DNA of 56,225 nucleotides from a virus (Duplodnaviria; Caudoviricetes): IMG/VR virus record IMGVR_UViG_3300044614_000423, positions 1 to 56,225 of that record. One strand, written 5' to 3'. Shown here one piece after another: positions 31,301 through 39,838 of this stretch. Both the position numbers and the translations under genes were made by a program. Position 1 is the first letter of the stretch. Each line of letters starts with the position of its first letter. Under the pieces are notes generated by a model. It was not told the origin of the DNA, made no database searches, and saw nothing but the letters and a program-made list of their open reading frames with translations.

Positions 31301-31329
31301 TTGACAGACAGTATCGCGGGTGGTATAAT
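31301..31329 (+). promoter_or_regulatory. Consensus sigma70 promoter for the SSB-like/polymerase/Z cluster
   Basis: TTGACA-N17-TATAAT with TG extension; ATAGAGGACA leader. Confidence 0.85.
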
Positions 31330-31366
31330 AGCCACTTCAGTAACCAACAGATAGAGGACATTCAAG

Positions 31367-31633
31367 ATGGCAACATACGATAACACCAATTCGGGCATGA
31401 TGGCCCGTAACGAGCGTCGCACCACCGACAAGCACCCCGAATTCTCCGGCTCGATCAACGTCGAGGGCGTGGATTATTGGCTCTCGGCTTGGGTTAATGA
31501 GGGCAAGGCTGGTGGTAAGATGGAAGGCAAAAAGTACTTCTCCATCAAGCTGTCGCGCAAAGAGGGCGGCGTTGGCACTTCCGGCCGATCAGCGAGTGAT
31601 TCGAGCTACGAATCTGACGACATCCCGTTCTGA
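31367..31633 (+). CDS. Small SSB-like protein
   Basis: 88 aa, beta-rich, ends in the SSB-type tail DDIPF. Confidence 0.7.
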   Translation: MATYDNTNSGMMARNERRTTDKHPEFSGSINVEGVDYWLSAWVNEGKAGGKMEGKKYFSIKLSRKEGGVGTSGRSASDSSYESDDIPF

Positions 31634-33468
31634 TGACCGAACTCCCACGCATTGACTACGAACCTGTCGTGGTCATAGACACCGAGACCACGGGACTGAA
31701 GTGGTGGGCCGACAAGCTGTTCGGTATCTCCATCGCATTCCCGGGGTACTCGGGCTACTGGGACGTCCGGTCCGACCCCCACATCGTCGCATGGCTCAAC
31801 GATCTCATCAAAGAGAAGCGTGTCGGGCTGTGGGTCGGCCATAACCTTAAATTCGACTTGCACTTCCTGCGCGAAGCCGGAGTCGCACTGCCACTGGACC
31901 GAATCGACTGCACGATGACCCGTGCCGCCTTGATCTCGGAGCATGAACCTACGTATGCCCTCGACTTCCTCGCTCGCAAATACTGCGGGATGAAGAAGGA
32001 CGAGGAGATCTACGAGGAGATGTCGCGCCTGTTCGGTGGCCGCCCGACTCGCAACGCACAGATGCCGAATATTTCCCGCGCCCCCATCAGTCTCGTGTCG
32101 AAATACGCGATCCAAGACGCCGTGGTGACGCTTGCGTTGTACCAGTGGCAAGAGGAGCAGATGCGAACGCAGAATCTCGCCCAAGTGCACAAGCTCGAGC
32201 GCGACCTGATGCCAGTGATTATGGACATGGAGGAGCAAGGCGTGCGGGTGGACGTCGGGTTGGCTGAGAAGGCCGTCCGTGACCTCACCGTTCGCGTTGA
32301 CACCATGCAGAGGGATCTGAATAGCTTGGCTGGCTTCGAGGTTAACCCGAACCCCTCCGGATCGATCGTAGACCTATTCAAGCCAACGCTCGGGGACGAT
32401 AATGAGTGGTATCTGATTGACGGCACGAAAGCAGACAAGACCGACGGCGGTAAGGCCTCGATTAACGCCGACTGCCTACGCCGCATGAAGCACCCCGCCG
32501 CGAAGATGATTCTCGACTTGCGCAAAATGCTCAAGACCCGTGATACTTTCCTGTCGGGCCACATCTTGGGACACGAACACGATGGTATCATTCACTGCAA
32601 CTACAACCAGACTAAAAACGACGCTGAGGCAGGGACTGGAACTGGACGTCTATCAGTTACCAATCCCGCTCTTCAGCAGATACCATCTAGAGACGTTGCC
32701 ATCAAATCGCTTATCCGGCCGATTTTCAAGGCTGATGTGGGTGCTAAGTGGATGGGGCTGGATTGGTCACAATTTGAATTTCGAGTGGCTAACCATTACG
32801 GTCAGGTTCCCACGATTCTTGAGGCCTATCGTGCAAACCCCGATCTCGACTTTCACCAATTGGTGTCTGACCTCACCGGTATCCCCCGAAACGCCCAGTA
32901 CGCTGGTGGCCCGTCTTCGAAAGCGATTAATCTCGGGCTGGCGTTCAATATGGGGTCTGGGCGGCTAGCGCAGGAGTGCGGGCTACCCTACACCGAGGAG
33001 GTAGGACCCAACGGCAACGTGTTTCTAAAGGCCGGACCCGAGGCGATGGCACTGTTCGAGAAGTACCACGCCGCGAACCCCGGAATGCGCAACACCGCGC
33101 AAAAGGCGAGTAATATTGCCAAGGAGCGCGGCTCGGTGCATTCAGTGATGGGCCGTCGGCTTCGGTTCCCGGGTGGACAATTCGTGCACAAGGCGTCAGG
33201 GCTGATTTACCAAGCCACCAGCGCGGACTGCATGAAGCAAAAGCTTATTGAGCTTCACAAGTATTTAACCGCCGAAGGCTGTGGGCGACTACTGCTGACG
33301 GTACACGACGAGGTGGGCATATCGCTCGATAAAGACTCACTCGATAAAGCGAAAGAGGTAGCACGAATCTACACGACCTTTGACGGTGTAGAATGTCCCA
33401 TTCATCTGCGTGTTCCTATCACGTGCGACTGGGGTATAGGCGAGGACTGGTACGAAGCGAAAGGATAG
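31633..33468 (+). CDS. dpoZ: Family A DNA polymerase, probably Z-selective DpoZ
   Basis: 3'-5' exonuclease motifs (DTETTG, HNLKFD, YAIQD), motif A DWSQFEFR, motif C VHDE. Helix O reads KAINLGLAF (Pol I F762->L, Y766->F) and KASGLIYQ (N845->G), matching DpoZ substitutions as I recall them. Adjacent to purZ. Confidence 0.8.
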   Translation: MTELPRIDYEPVVVIDTETTGLKWWADKLFGISIAFPGYSGYWDVRSDPHIVAWLNDLIKEKRVGLWVGHNLKFDLHFLREAGVALPLDRIDCTMTRAALISEHEPTYALDFLARKYCGMKKDEEIYEEMSRLFGGRPTRNAQMPNISRAPISLVSKYAIQDAVVTLALYQWQEEQMRTQNLAQVHKLERDLMPVIMDMEEQGVRVDVGLAEKAVRDLTVRVDTMQRDLNSLAGFEVNPNPSGSIVDLFKPTLGDDNEWYLIDGTKADKTDGGKASINADCLRRMKHPAAKMILDLRKMLKTRDTFLSGHILGHEHDGIIHCNYNQTKNDAEAGTGTGRLSVTNPALQQIPSRDVAIKSLIRPIFKADVGAKWMGLDWSQFEFRVANHYGQVPTILEAYRANPDLDFHQLVSDLTGIPRNAQYAGGPSSKAINLGLAFNMGSGRLAQECGLPYTEEVGPNGNVFLKAGPEAMALFEKYHAANPGMRNTAQKASNIAKERGSVHSVMGRRLRFPGGQFVHKASGLIYQATSADCMKQKLIELHKYLTAEGCGRLLLTVHDEVGISLDKDSLDKAKEVARIYTTFDGVECPIHLRVPITCDWGIGEDWYEAKG

Positions 33469-33473
33469 AGGTA

Positions 33474-34601
33474 ATGGAAAAGATTAGAATCGTAGTCGAT
33501 CTGCAATACGGGAGCACCGGCAAGGGGCTGATCGTAGGCAAGATCGCTGAAGATGAAGCACCTGATACGGTGATCACCGCGTGGGCACCCAATGCGGGGC
33601 ACACGTACATCAGCAAAGATGGGCGCAAGTTTATTCATACACACCTTGCCAACGGCATCGTGTCGCCCAAGCTCCGTCGAGTGCTCCTCGGCCCCGGCTC
33701 GCTGATCAACCCCCGGCAACTGCTGGCAGAGATCGCCGCGTGTTCGGACTTGCTCGGAAAGGTAGAGATTCTGATTCACCCACATGCCGCTGTAGTGACC
33801 GAGCGTCACATTGAGGAAGAAGCGGGACCGATGACCAAGATCGGCTCGACCAAAAAGGGCGTGGGTGCCGCGATGATTCAACGCATCCGACGCAATCCGG
33901 ACGACCTGAACATCGCCGCCGACTGCGAGGAGCTTGCAAAATACATAGTCACAGTGGCTACCTACCGCGCCGCACTGCGTGACGCCAAGAGTGTGCTAGT
34001 AGAGGGCGCACAGGGCTACGGGTTGTCGATGTACCACGGCTTTTACCCCTACACCACTTCGCGTGATGTGAGCCTGTGGCAAATCCTCGCCGATTGCGGC
34101 ATTCCGCACGACCTACTCCCCGAGGTATTCGGCGATCTGATGATGAACGTGATCGGCACATGCCGCACTTATCCGATCCGAGTGGCCAATCGATTCGACA
34201 CCCACGGGACGCAAGTCGGCTACTCTGGACCTTGCTACGGTGACCAGCTGGAAATCACGTTTGAGGAGATCGGACAGAAGACCGAGCTGACCACAGTGAC
34301 CAAGCTCCCGCGCCGCATTTTTACGTTTAGCCGCAAGCAGATTGAAGAGGCGATCGAGTACAATGGTGCTCGGGAGATCTTCCTGAACTTCGTTAATTAT
34401 TGCAGGTCCGAGGACGAGGTGCGGGATATTGTGGAGTCGATTGAGCGCAGTAAAGACACAGTGGTGCGCTGGATTGGACTCGGACCCGCTTATAAGGACG
34501 TGTACTCGATGCCGCAATACGGTCCCGAGGCACGAATGGCACGAATTCTTGAACTTTGGAGAGCATATGCTACAGGTAGAATCAACAGTACACACGGATG
34601 A
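33474..34601 (+). CDS. purZ: N6-succino-2-amino-dAMP synthetase PurZ
   Basis: PurA fold with GSTGKG instead of GDEGKG, NAGHT, EGAQG, TTVTKLPRR, and NFVNY in place of the GTP-binding TKLD; start ATG 33474. Confidence 0.93.
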   Translation: MEKIRIVVDLQYGSTGKGLIVGKIAEDEAPDTVITAWAPNAGHTYISKDGRKFIHTHLANGIVSPKLRRVLLGPGSLINPRQLLAEIAACSDLLGKVEILIHPHAAVVTERHIEEEAGPMTKIGSTKKGVGAAMIQRIRRNPDDLNIAADCEELAKYIVTVATYRAALRDAKSVLVEGAQGYGLSMYHGFYPYTTSRDVSLWQILADCGIPHDLLPEVFGDLMMNVIGTCRTYPIRVANRFDTHGTQVGYSGPCYGDQLEITFEEIGQKTELTTVTKLPRRIFTFSRKQIEEAIEYNGAREIFLNFVNYCRSEDEVRDIVESIERSKDTVVRWIGLGPAYKDVYSMPQYGPEARMARILELWRAYATGRINSTHG

Positions 34602-35070
34602 AGCCAATGAGACCCCTTGGGCGATACACCCCGAACGGGCGGCTGAAATTGTCGATGCGCACGGCGCAACCGTCGCGACTTTCGAAGTCCGTCACCACCT
34701 CAAAGGTGTTCTCGGCAACTGCGACCGCAATGCGGATCTTGCAGTCCGTGCAGTTAACGCCTACAAAAAGCGCGGGGGTGCGGATATTCGTCAGTTACAG
34801 GATCGGATTACGCGTTGGGCCGATTCTAACTTTCCACAAAGAACGACGCCGGATGTTTTACTCAAGCTCTACGAAGAGGTGGGTGAGTATTGCCGTAACC
34901 CCAAGTCAGCACTCGAAATGGGTGACATCCTTATATTACTCTTTGATGTCGCCCACCTGAACGGTATAGACGTGCATAAGGCGGTAGAGGACAAGATGGA
35001 TATCAACGAAAAACGCGAATGGGAAGTGGACGTCAACACGAGGATCATGCGCCATGTCGAACCGAAATGA
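34567..35070 (+). CDS. mazZ: MazG-like (d)GTP/dATP pyrophosphohydrolase (MazZ-like) with extra N-terminal domain
   Basis: WADSNF..KLYEEVGE..EMGDILILLFD..KMDINEKREW; directly after purZ; GGAGAG RBS and ATG 34567. Confidence 0.75.
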   Translation: MLQVESTVHTDEANETPWAIHPERAAEIVDAHGATVATFEVRHHLKGVLGNCDRNADLAVRAVNAYKKRGGADIRQLQDRITRWADSNFPQRTTPDVLLKLYEEVGEYCRNPKSALEMGDILILLFDVAHLNGIDVHKAVEDKMDINEKREWEVDVNTRIMRHVEPK

Positions 35071-35269
35071 TGAATTCAACAACTGGTACAACGAGACCTT
35101 CGGCCACGTGCTTGGGTCCGAGGACGATGATAACCGCGAAGCGGTAAAAAAGATCTGGAACGGGGCACTGGAGCGGATCGCTCGTAAGTACGAATTCCAG
35201 CTCTTCGACGAGCTTTCAGGCGATCAGATCGCTGACCAAATCAGGCGTCTGCAGGCGGTGAAGTCATGA
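35054..35269 (+). CDS. Hypothetical protein
   Basis: 71 aa, overlap-coupled. Confidence 0.65.
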   Translation: MSNRNDEFNNWYNETFGHVLGSEDDDNREAVKKIWNGALERIARKYEFQLFDELSGDQIADQIRRLQAVKS

Positions 35270-35898
35270 GTTACATCATCGCTTCTCTCCCGCCCATGAA
35301 GTGCTTTGTGCGGCGCGAGTTCTTGTACAACGATCACAAGGGTCACGGGGAGCTGGAACCCGCGATTTGGGTTAGTATTAAAGCCCTCCGAGGCCAAGTG
35401 TTCCGGATCGAGTCGCTACTCCCCGCGTATGGCGCGCTGTACGACAAGCTACCTATTCACGCCTACGTTTGGCAATCGAACTACACCGGTAATCTGCCGA
35501 TCGACGTTTTGCAACTATGGGACTGCATGGGCTACCGATTTACGATCGTCGAGAAGATCGGCTTGCGCAATCTTGGCGTGAAGTTCCTCGGCAAAGACCG
35601 GGAATGGCATTTCGGCCGATACCTATTCACCGTGGACTTCTGTGCTGACGGCATGGATATAGACACGGGATTCACCGAGCAAGCCGAAGAGCACAAGAGC
35701 TTCAACTTTATTGCGCTGGACAACGGCCAATTTGCTTGCCAGCCGAACAATCGGTGCCTGTGGTACGATCAGAGCCTAATTCCCGCCGAGACTAAATTCC
35801 CCGACTTTCAAGCGGCACAACGTATGTGGACCGTCGATGGTACACGCAAATGGAGTGCCGGGGACGACTGGTTCTACGATATCAAGGAGAGAACATGA
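35266..35898 (+). CDS. Hypothetical aromatic-rich phage protein
   Basis: 210 aa; LQLWDC, YLFTVD, EHKSFN..LDNGQFACQPNNR. Confidence 0.8.
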   Translation: MSYIIASLPPMKCFVRREFLYNDHKGHGELEPAIWVSIKALRGQVFRIESLLPAYGALYDKLPIHAYVWQSNYTGNLPIDVLQLWDCMGYRFTIVEKIGLRNLGVKFLGKDREWHFGRYLFTVDFCADGMDIDTGFTEQAEEHKSFNFIALDNGQFACQPNNRCLWYDQSLIPAETKFPDFQAAQRMWTVDGTRKWSAGDDWFYDIKERT

Positions 35899-36116
35899 CC
35901 CCCGCCGAGCTACTGCATATGGATGCCGCAAGGTATGCTACTAACCGAAAGCTTGCTTATATCGGAGCCATGCATAAAAAAGAAGTCGAACCCATGAGTG
36001 AGCAAGAATTAAACGGCAGATGGCTGGCTCACTACGAAGGCTATCGTGAAGGCTACTGGGTCGCAACAGGTGATAATAAATTTACGACTGACCCGTTCAA
36101 GGAGAAAAACACATGA
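35895..36116 (+). CDS. Hypothetical protein
   Basis: AAGGAG RBS, ATG 35895. Confidence 0.65.
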   Translation: MTPAELLHMDAARYATNRKLAYIGAMHKKEVEPMSEQELNGRWLAHYEGYREGYWVATGDNKFTTDPFKEKNT

Positions 36117-36295
36117 AAACCAAGCAAGAGATCAAAGAAGAAATCATTGAGCTATACGGAGCTACCACGGCTTTGAGGGAGGCAATGAACATACTCCACG
36201 CACAAAGCATGGAGAAAAGTAAACAGATGATGGCACTGAATCACATGCTAAAAGAAATGGATGATGACCACGGTATTGAAGGGGCGGGTGTATGA
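36113..36295 (+). CDS. Hypothetical coiled-coil protein
   Basis: AAGGAG RBS, 60 aa. Confidence 0.65.
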   Translation: MKTKQEIKEEIIELYGATTALREAMNILHAQSMEKSKQMMALNHMLKEMDDDHGIEGAGV

Positions 36296-36855
36296 GTTTA
36301 ACAGTATACGAACAGCTCCGCGCTTGCCACGTCAAGCGGTGGCACATCGTGCAGACGTCGCGGGAGCAGACGCTGGCCGAGCACTCTTTCGCAGTCGCGG
36401 TGATCGCGGGATCCCTCGCGGCGGCTATGCGATGGAAGGGCCTGTTGCATGATTCGGGTAAATTGAAGCTCCTGCAGTGGGCACTCGCGCACGACGTAAT
36501 CGAGGTGCGCACCGGAGATATGCCGACGCCGTTCAAGCGTGACCTAGAAGCGGTAGGGGGTAAGGGTATCGTGGAAAAGGCTGAAGACCGAGTTGACAGC
36601 GATACAATGGCGGCTTACCGTCAGGTGAAAGGGACAGATATAGAGACCATAGTCAAGCTCGCGGACCAGATCGAGGCGATCTTTTTCCTGCAGGACAACG
36701 GAGTCGGGGCGCACGCCAAGCAAGTGCTCGATGGCCTTCGTGCGATCCTGTCCGACATGGTGAATGAGGCTGAGCGTTTGCACCCAGCGCTAAACGTTCG
36801 CGAATCGGTTCGCCGCGTGTGCAACGATATAGGAATTACAGGGGGATGGTTATGA
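36292..36855 (+). CDS. datZ: HD-domain dATP triphosphohydrolase DatZ
   Basis: YEQLRACHVKRWHIVQT..AEH, HD..EVRTGDMPTP, KLAD..EAIFFL..NGVGAHA; closely resembles cyanophage S-2L DatZ as recalled; within the purZ cluster. Confidence 0.87.
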   Translation: MSLTVYEQLRACHVKRWHIVQTSREQTLAEHSFAVAVIAGSLAAAMRWKGLLHDSGKLKLLQWALAHDVIEVRTGDMPTPFKRDLEAVGGKGIVEKAEDRVDSDTMAAYRQVKGTDIETIVKLADQIEAIFFLQDNGVGAHAKQVLDGLRAILSDMVNEAERLHPALNVRESVRRVCNDIGITGGWL

Positions 36856-37067
36856 ATTGTATTAAGTGCGGCGAGGAGACCCGAGTCACTACCACATACC
36901 AGAACGCGAATGGCGTCACCCGCCGTCGCCGAACTTGCAACCATTGCGAATTTCGATTCACCACACGCGAAAGGGCCGAAATGCCCGAATCGCTCGAGGA
37001 CGAAAAGAAGGGACTTGACAATCTGTCCCACGTGTGGTATAATGGATCCTCGACCAATAAACCATAG
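36852..37067 (+). CDS. NrdR-like N-terminal zinc-ribbon protein (no ATP cone)
   Basis: MNCIKCG..TRV..RRRRTCNHCEFRFTTRE. Confidence 0.8.
   Translation: MNCIKCGEETRVTTTYQNANGVTRRRRTCNHCEFRFTTRERAEMPESLEDEKKGLDNLSHVWYNGSSTNKP
37015..37043 (+). promoter_or_regulatory. Consensus sigma70 promoter for the deacetylase
   Basis: TTGACA-N17-TATAAT with CACGTGTGG before the -10; ATAGAGGACA leader. Confidence 0.85.
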
Positions 37068-37078
37068 AGGACACCATC

Positions 37079-37948
37079 ATGACGACCAGCACCCCCGTAT
37101 TCTACCACCCGGCCCAAGAGGTCTCCTACGACTTCATCTCGGTAAGGAAGATCCCCGAGTTCATCCACCAGTTGGAGGGTGACGTGCGATCGAACTTCGA
37201 GCCGTACACGGCGGTAGACTTCGAGGAGGCGCACCACCGCGAGTACGTCCGTGGCATCCTGAAGAATGTCGCCCCGAACGGCTTCAACACGATCGATCCC
37301 GAGATCACGAACTCGCTCCTCTACTCGAACGCTGGCCACTGGGCGGCGGCCAAGCACGTGCTCCAGCAAGGCGGCGTGCGTGGTGCCGTGGCGTGCTCCG
37401 CGACTCAGGGCTTCCACCACGCTCACTTCGAGGACGGCTACGGGTTCTGCACGTTCAACGGGCTGATGATCACCGCGATGAAGGCACTCCGGAACGGCGC
37501 GACGAATGTGCTGATTATCGATGGGGATGGACACTACGGCGACGGGACCGAGGACGTACTGGACCACCTGATGGTCCGGGGTCGCGTCACGCACGTCACC
37601 CGCCCCGATATAGGACGCCCTATCCAGTCCGAGTGGAACGCCGCGATGTGGCAGTCGTTTGCTAAGGGATTGATTCGGAACTCGAAGGCGGGTATAATAC
37701 TGTATCAGGCCGGTGCTGACGCTTGGGACCAAGATCCCTACGGAGTCGGATACCTGTCTGTCGAGGGTCTCGCGGCCCGCGATCGTGGCATCTTCACCGC
37801 CGCACGCGAAGCCGGGGTCCCATTAGTCTGGAATCTAGCAGGGGGATACTCGAAGCCGATGCAACACACGATCGACATCCATCTGCAAACGCTGAAGATC
37901 AGCAACGAGGTATACTATGCCACCAGTGAAGAATCTGTCGTTCGCTGA
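37079..37948 (+). CDS. Zn-dependent histone-deacetylase-family amidohydrolase
   Basis: GFHHA, GFCTFN, IDGDGHYGDGT, YQAGADAxxxD, AGGY: the His pair, Zn ligands and catalytic Tyr are all present. Confidence 0.92.
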   Translation: MTTSTPVFYHPAQEVSYDFISVRKIPEFIHQLEGDVRSNFEPYTAVDFEEAHHREYVRGILKNVAPNGFNTIDPEITNSLLYSNAGHWAAAKHVLQQGGVRGAVACSATQGFHHAHFEDGYGFCTFNGLMITAMKALRNGATNVLIIDGDGHYGDGTEDVLDHLMVRGRVTHVTRPDIGRPIQSEWNAAMWQSFAKGLIRNSKAGIILYQAGADAWDQDPYGVGYLSVEGLAARDRGIFTAAREAGVPLVWNLAGGYSKPMQHTIDIHLQTLKISNEVYYATSEESVVR

Positions 37949-39185
37949 CCTAATGGGCGGAGTAGGCAAGGGCCACCGCGCCATTGCCGCTCTCCCGGGC
38001 GCACAGCGCATTCCGCTGGGTATGCGGCAAGCACAAGCTGGCATGCTCCCGAGTGAAGTGCTTGAGCAGTACAATCAAGCCGGGATCTTTGGCAAGACCG
38101 CCAGTGGCGAGCCGATTCGTGGCACAATGTCCTCGACGAATGAGGGTGCGGTACAGCGTGGGTATATGCCCTCCACCGGCAAAATCCGGCTTGACCCCGA
38201 AAGCAAGGCACCGAAGAGTATAGACGAGGCGCACGCACGAGGTATTCATCCAAACATTTCGTGGTCACCCTCTAGGCTCGACAAGGACAAGACCCCGATG
38301 GGTTTTGAGCTGGAGCGTTACATGGCTGAAGCGGCGATGCGTGATCCTAAGTTCAACGCGGCGCGGGCACAATACGGTATGGATATGCCACACCCGACCA
38401 TGACCGACCTCTACGCGATGGACGTAAAGCCCGGGACGTACGGCTTGAAAGACCCCGATTCCGCGTGGTGGAAGAGCCTTCCTGCAAAAGGCAAAGAGCT
38501 GTACGCGCTCGCGTACGACATGATGCGTGCACAAGGGCACGGGAACTTCGCGTCGCACCTGACCGATGTTAACCAAGCCCGACGACTCGGTAACGTATCG
38601 TCGCACTCGCTCGGACACGGCAACCTTGGGTACATCGCCCCAGTCGAAGAGGTGGCGTATTCGCCCGGGATGTCCGGCCAGCTTTTCTCGATGCCTGTTC
38701 AGGCCAGCCACAAGGAAGACTACTACCTAAAGAAGCTATTTGGTGGTCCGAACTTAGTAACCAATAAGAAGACCGACGAATTGATGGACGCGGCACTCGA
38801 TCTGCGCACGCCGAATTTCCTGAAGATGACGCCCGACGAAACGCTCGGTACACTGCTCACACGCGAAGCGCAGATGGCGGGAGCCTACGGTCCCGGAACT
38901 GGTACAGCGTCACCTTTGCGGGTAAGCCAAGTGCGCCCCTACGAAGACGTATTGCTTAAGAACATTGCCGAGCCTCAAGTGCTAGCGAACCCACAGGACC
39001 TAGCGGGTGCTTTCGGCCCTACGACACTTGGACGACAAGCCACGACCGAAGCCCTTATTCGTGGGATGCTCAAGGGGTACGACCCTGCAGAGATCGTCGA
39101 GCGTCTGGTGAAAGAGGCCCCACAGGGTGCTTACAAGAACCGATACAAAAAAGGAGGGCTGGCTCATGCCGCAGTCATCGCTTGA
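37917..39185 (+). CDS. Hypothetical 422-aa protein ending in YKKGG motif
   Basis: GAGGT RBS; long ORF; no recognised domain. Confidence 0.8.
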   Translation: MPPVKNLSFADLMGGVGKGHRAIAALPGAQRIPLGMRQAQAGMLPSEVLEQYNQAGIFGKTASGEPIRGTMSSTNEGAVQRGYMPSTGKIRLDPESKAPKSIDEAHARGIHPNISWSPSRLDKDKTPMGFELERYMAEAAMRDPKFNAARAQYGMDMPHPTMTDLYAMDVKPGTYGLKDPDSAWWKSLPAKGKELYALAYDMMRAQGHGNFASHLTDVNQARRLGNVSSHSLGHGNLGYIAPVEEVAYSPGMSGQLFSMPVQASHKEDYYLKKLFGGPNLVTNKKTDELMDAALDLRTPNFLKMTPDETLGTLLTREAQMAGAYGPGTGTASPLRVSQVRPYEDVLLKNIAEPQVLANPQDLAGAFGPTTLGRQATTEALIRGMLKGYDPAEIVERLVKEAPQGAYKNRYKKGGLAHAAVIA

Positions 39186-39471
39186 TATAGACGGGGTGGT
39201 CGCGGAGCGCGGCGAGTCGTACGGCGACTATACGGTCCAAGCCGAGATCGCACAGACGCTGAAGGACCTCTTTCGCGAGTGCCCGGGCTGGGGGCGGCTG
39301 GAGTACCACCAGCGCGAATCGCTGGACATGATCGCGTGCAAGGCGTCCCGCATTTTGAACGGCGACCCTAATCACCTCGACTCGTGGGTGGACATCGCAG
39401 GGTACGCGACCATCGTGGCGACACGAATACCAAAGGGGGGTATTGACAAGGCTACCCCACCTGTGTTATAA
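39166..39471 (+). CDS. DUF6378-like helical protein
   Basis: ERGESYGD..MIACKASRILNGDPNHLDSWVDIAGYA; GGAGGG RBS. Confidence 0.75.
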   Translation: MPQSSLDIDGVVAERGESYGDYTVQAEIAQTLKDLFRECPGWGRLEYHQRESLDMIACKASRILNGDPNHLDSWVDIAGYATIVATRIPKGGIDKATPPVL

Positions 39472-39472
39472 T
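39443..39472 (+). promoter_or_regulatory. Early sigma70 promoter
   Basis: TTGACA-N18-TATAAT with CACCTGTGT. Confidence 0.85.
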
Positions 39473-39541
39473 ACAGATTCTGGGTTGATAAGACGATCCA
39501 GTAACCACCCAACCGATAGACACTATAGAGGACACATAATC

Positions 39542-39838
39542 ATGGCAAAGACTACTACTAAACCCGTCGCAATCACCACCGACATGGTGGACGAACTCGC
39601 CAGCGTGCGTGACCAGCTCAAGGCGTTGACTGCTCGCGAGAAGCACCTTAAAGAGATCTTCCGCGCCGGTGGCGACGCGATCTACCGTGGCGACCAGCAC
39701 CAGATCGAGATCAAGTTCACCAAGCGTCCCCAGCTCGATATGGATGCCGTCCGTGCGAAGCTCCCGGCTGAGTGGATCGCCGAGAACACCGGCGAAGTCG
39801 AGGTGATGAACATTCGTCAGATGGAGATCGTAAAATGA
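39542..39838 (+). CDS. Hypothetical early protein
   Basis: ATAGAGGACA RBS, ATG 39542. Confidence 0.8.
   Translation: MAKTTTKPVAITTDMVDELASVRDQLKALTAREKHLKEIFRAGGDAIYRGDQHQIEIKFTKRPQLDMDAVRAKLPAEWIAENTGEVEVMNIRQMEIVK

Noticed and set aside
33474-34601. Annotation as ordinary purA or GTP-using PurZ0
   Set aside because: The catalytic Asp is Ser (GSTGKG), the GTP motif TKLD is replaced by NFVNY, and datZ/mazZ are adjacent.
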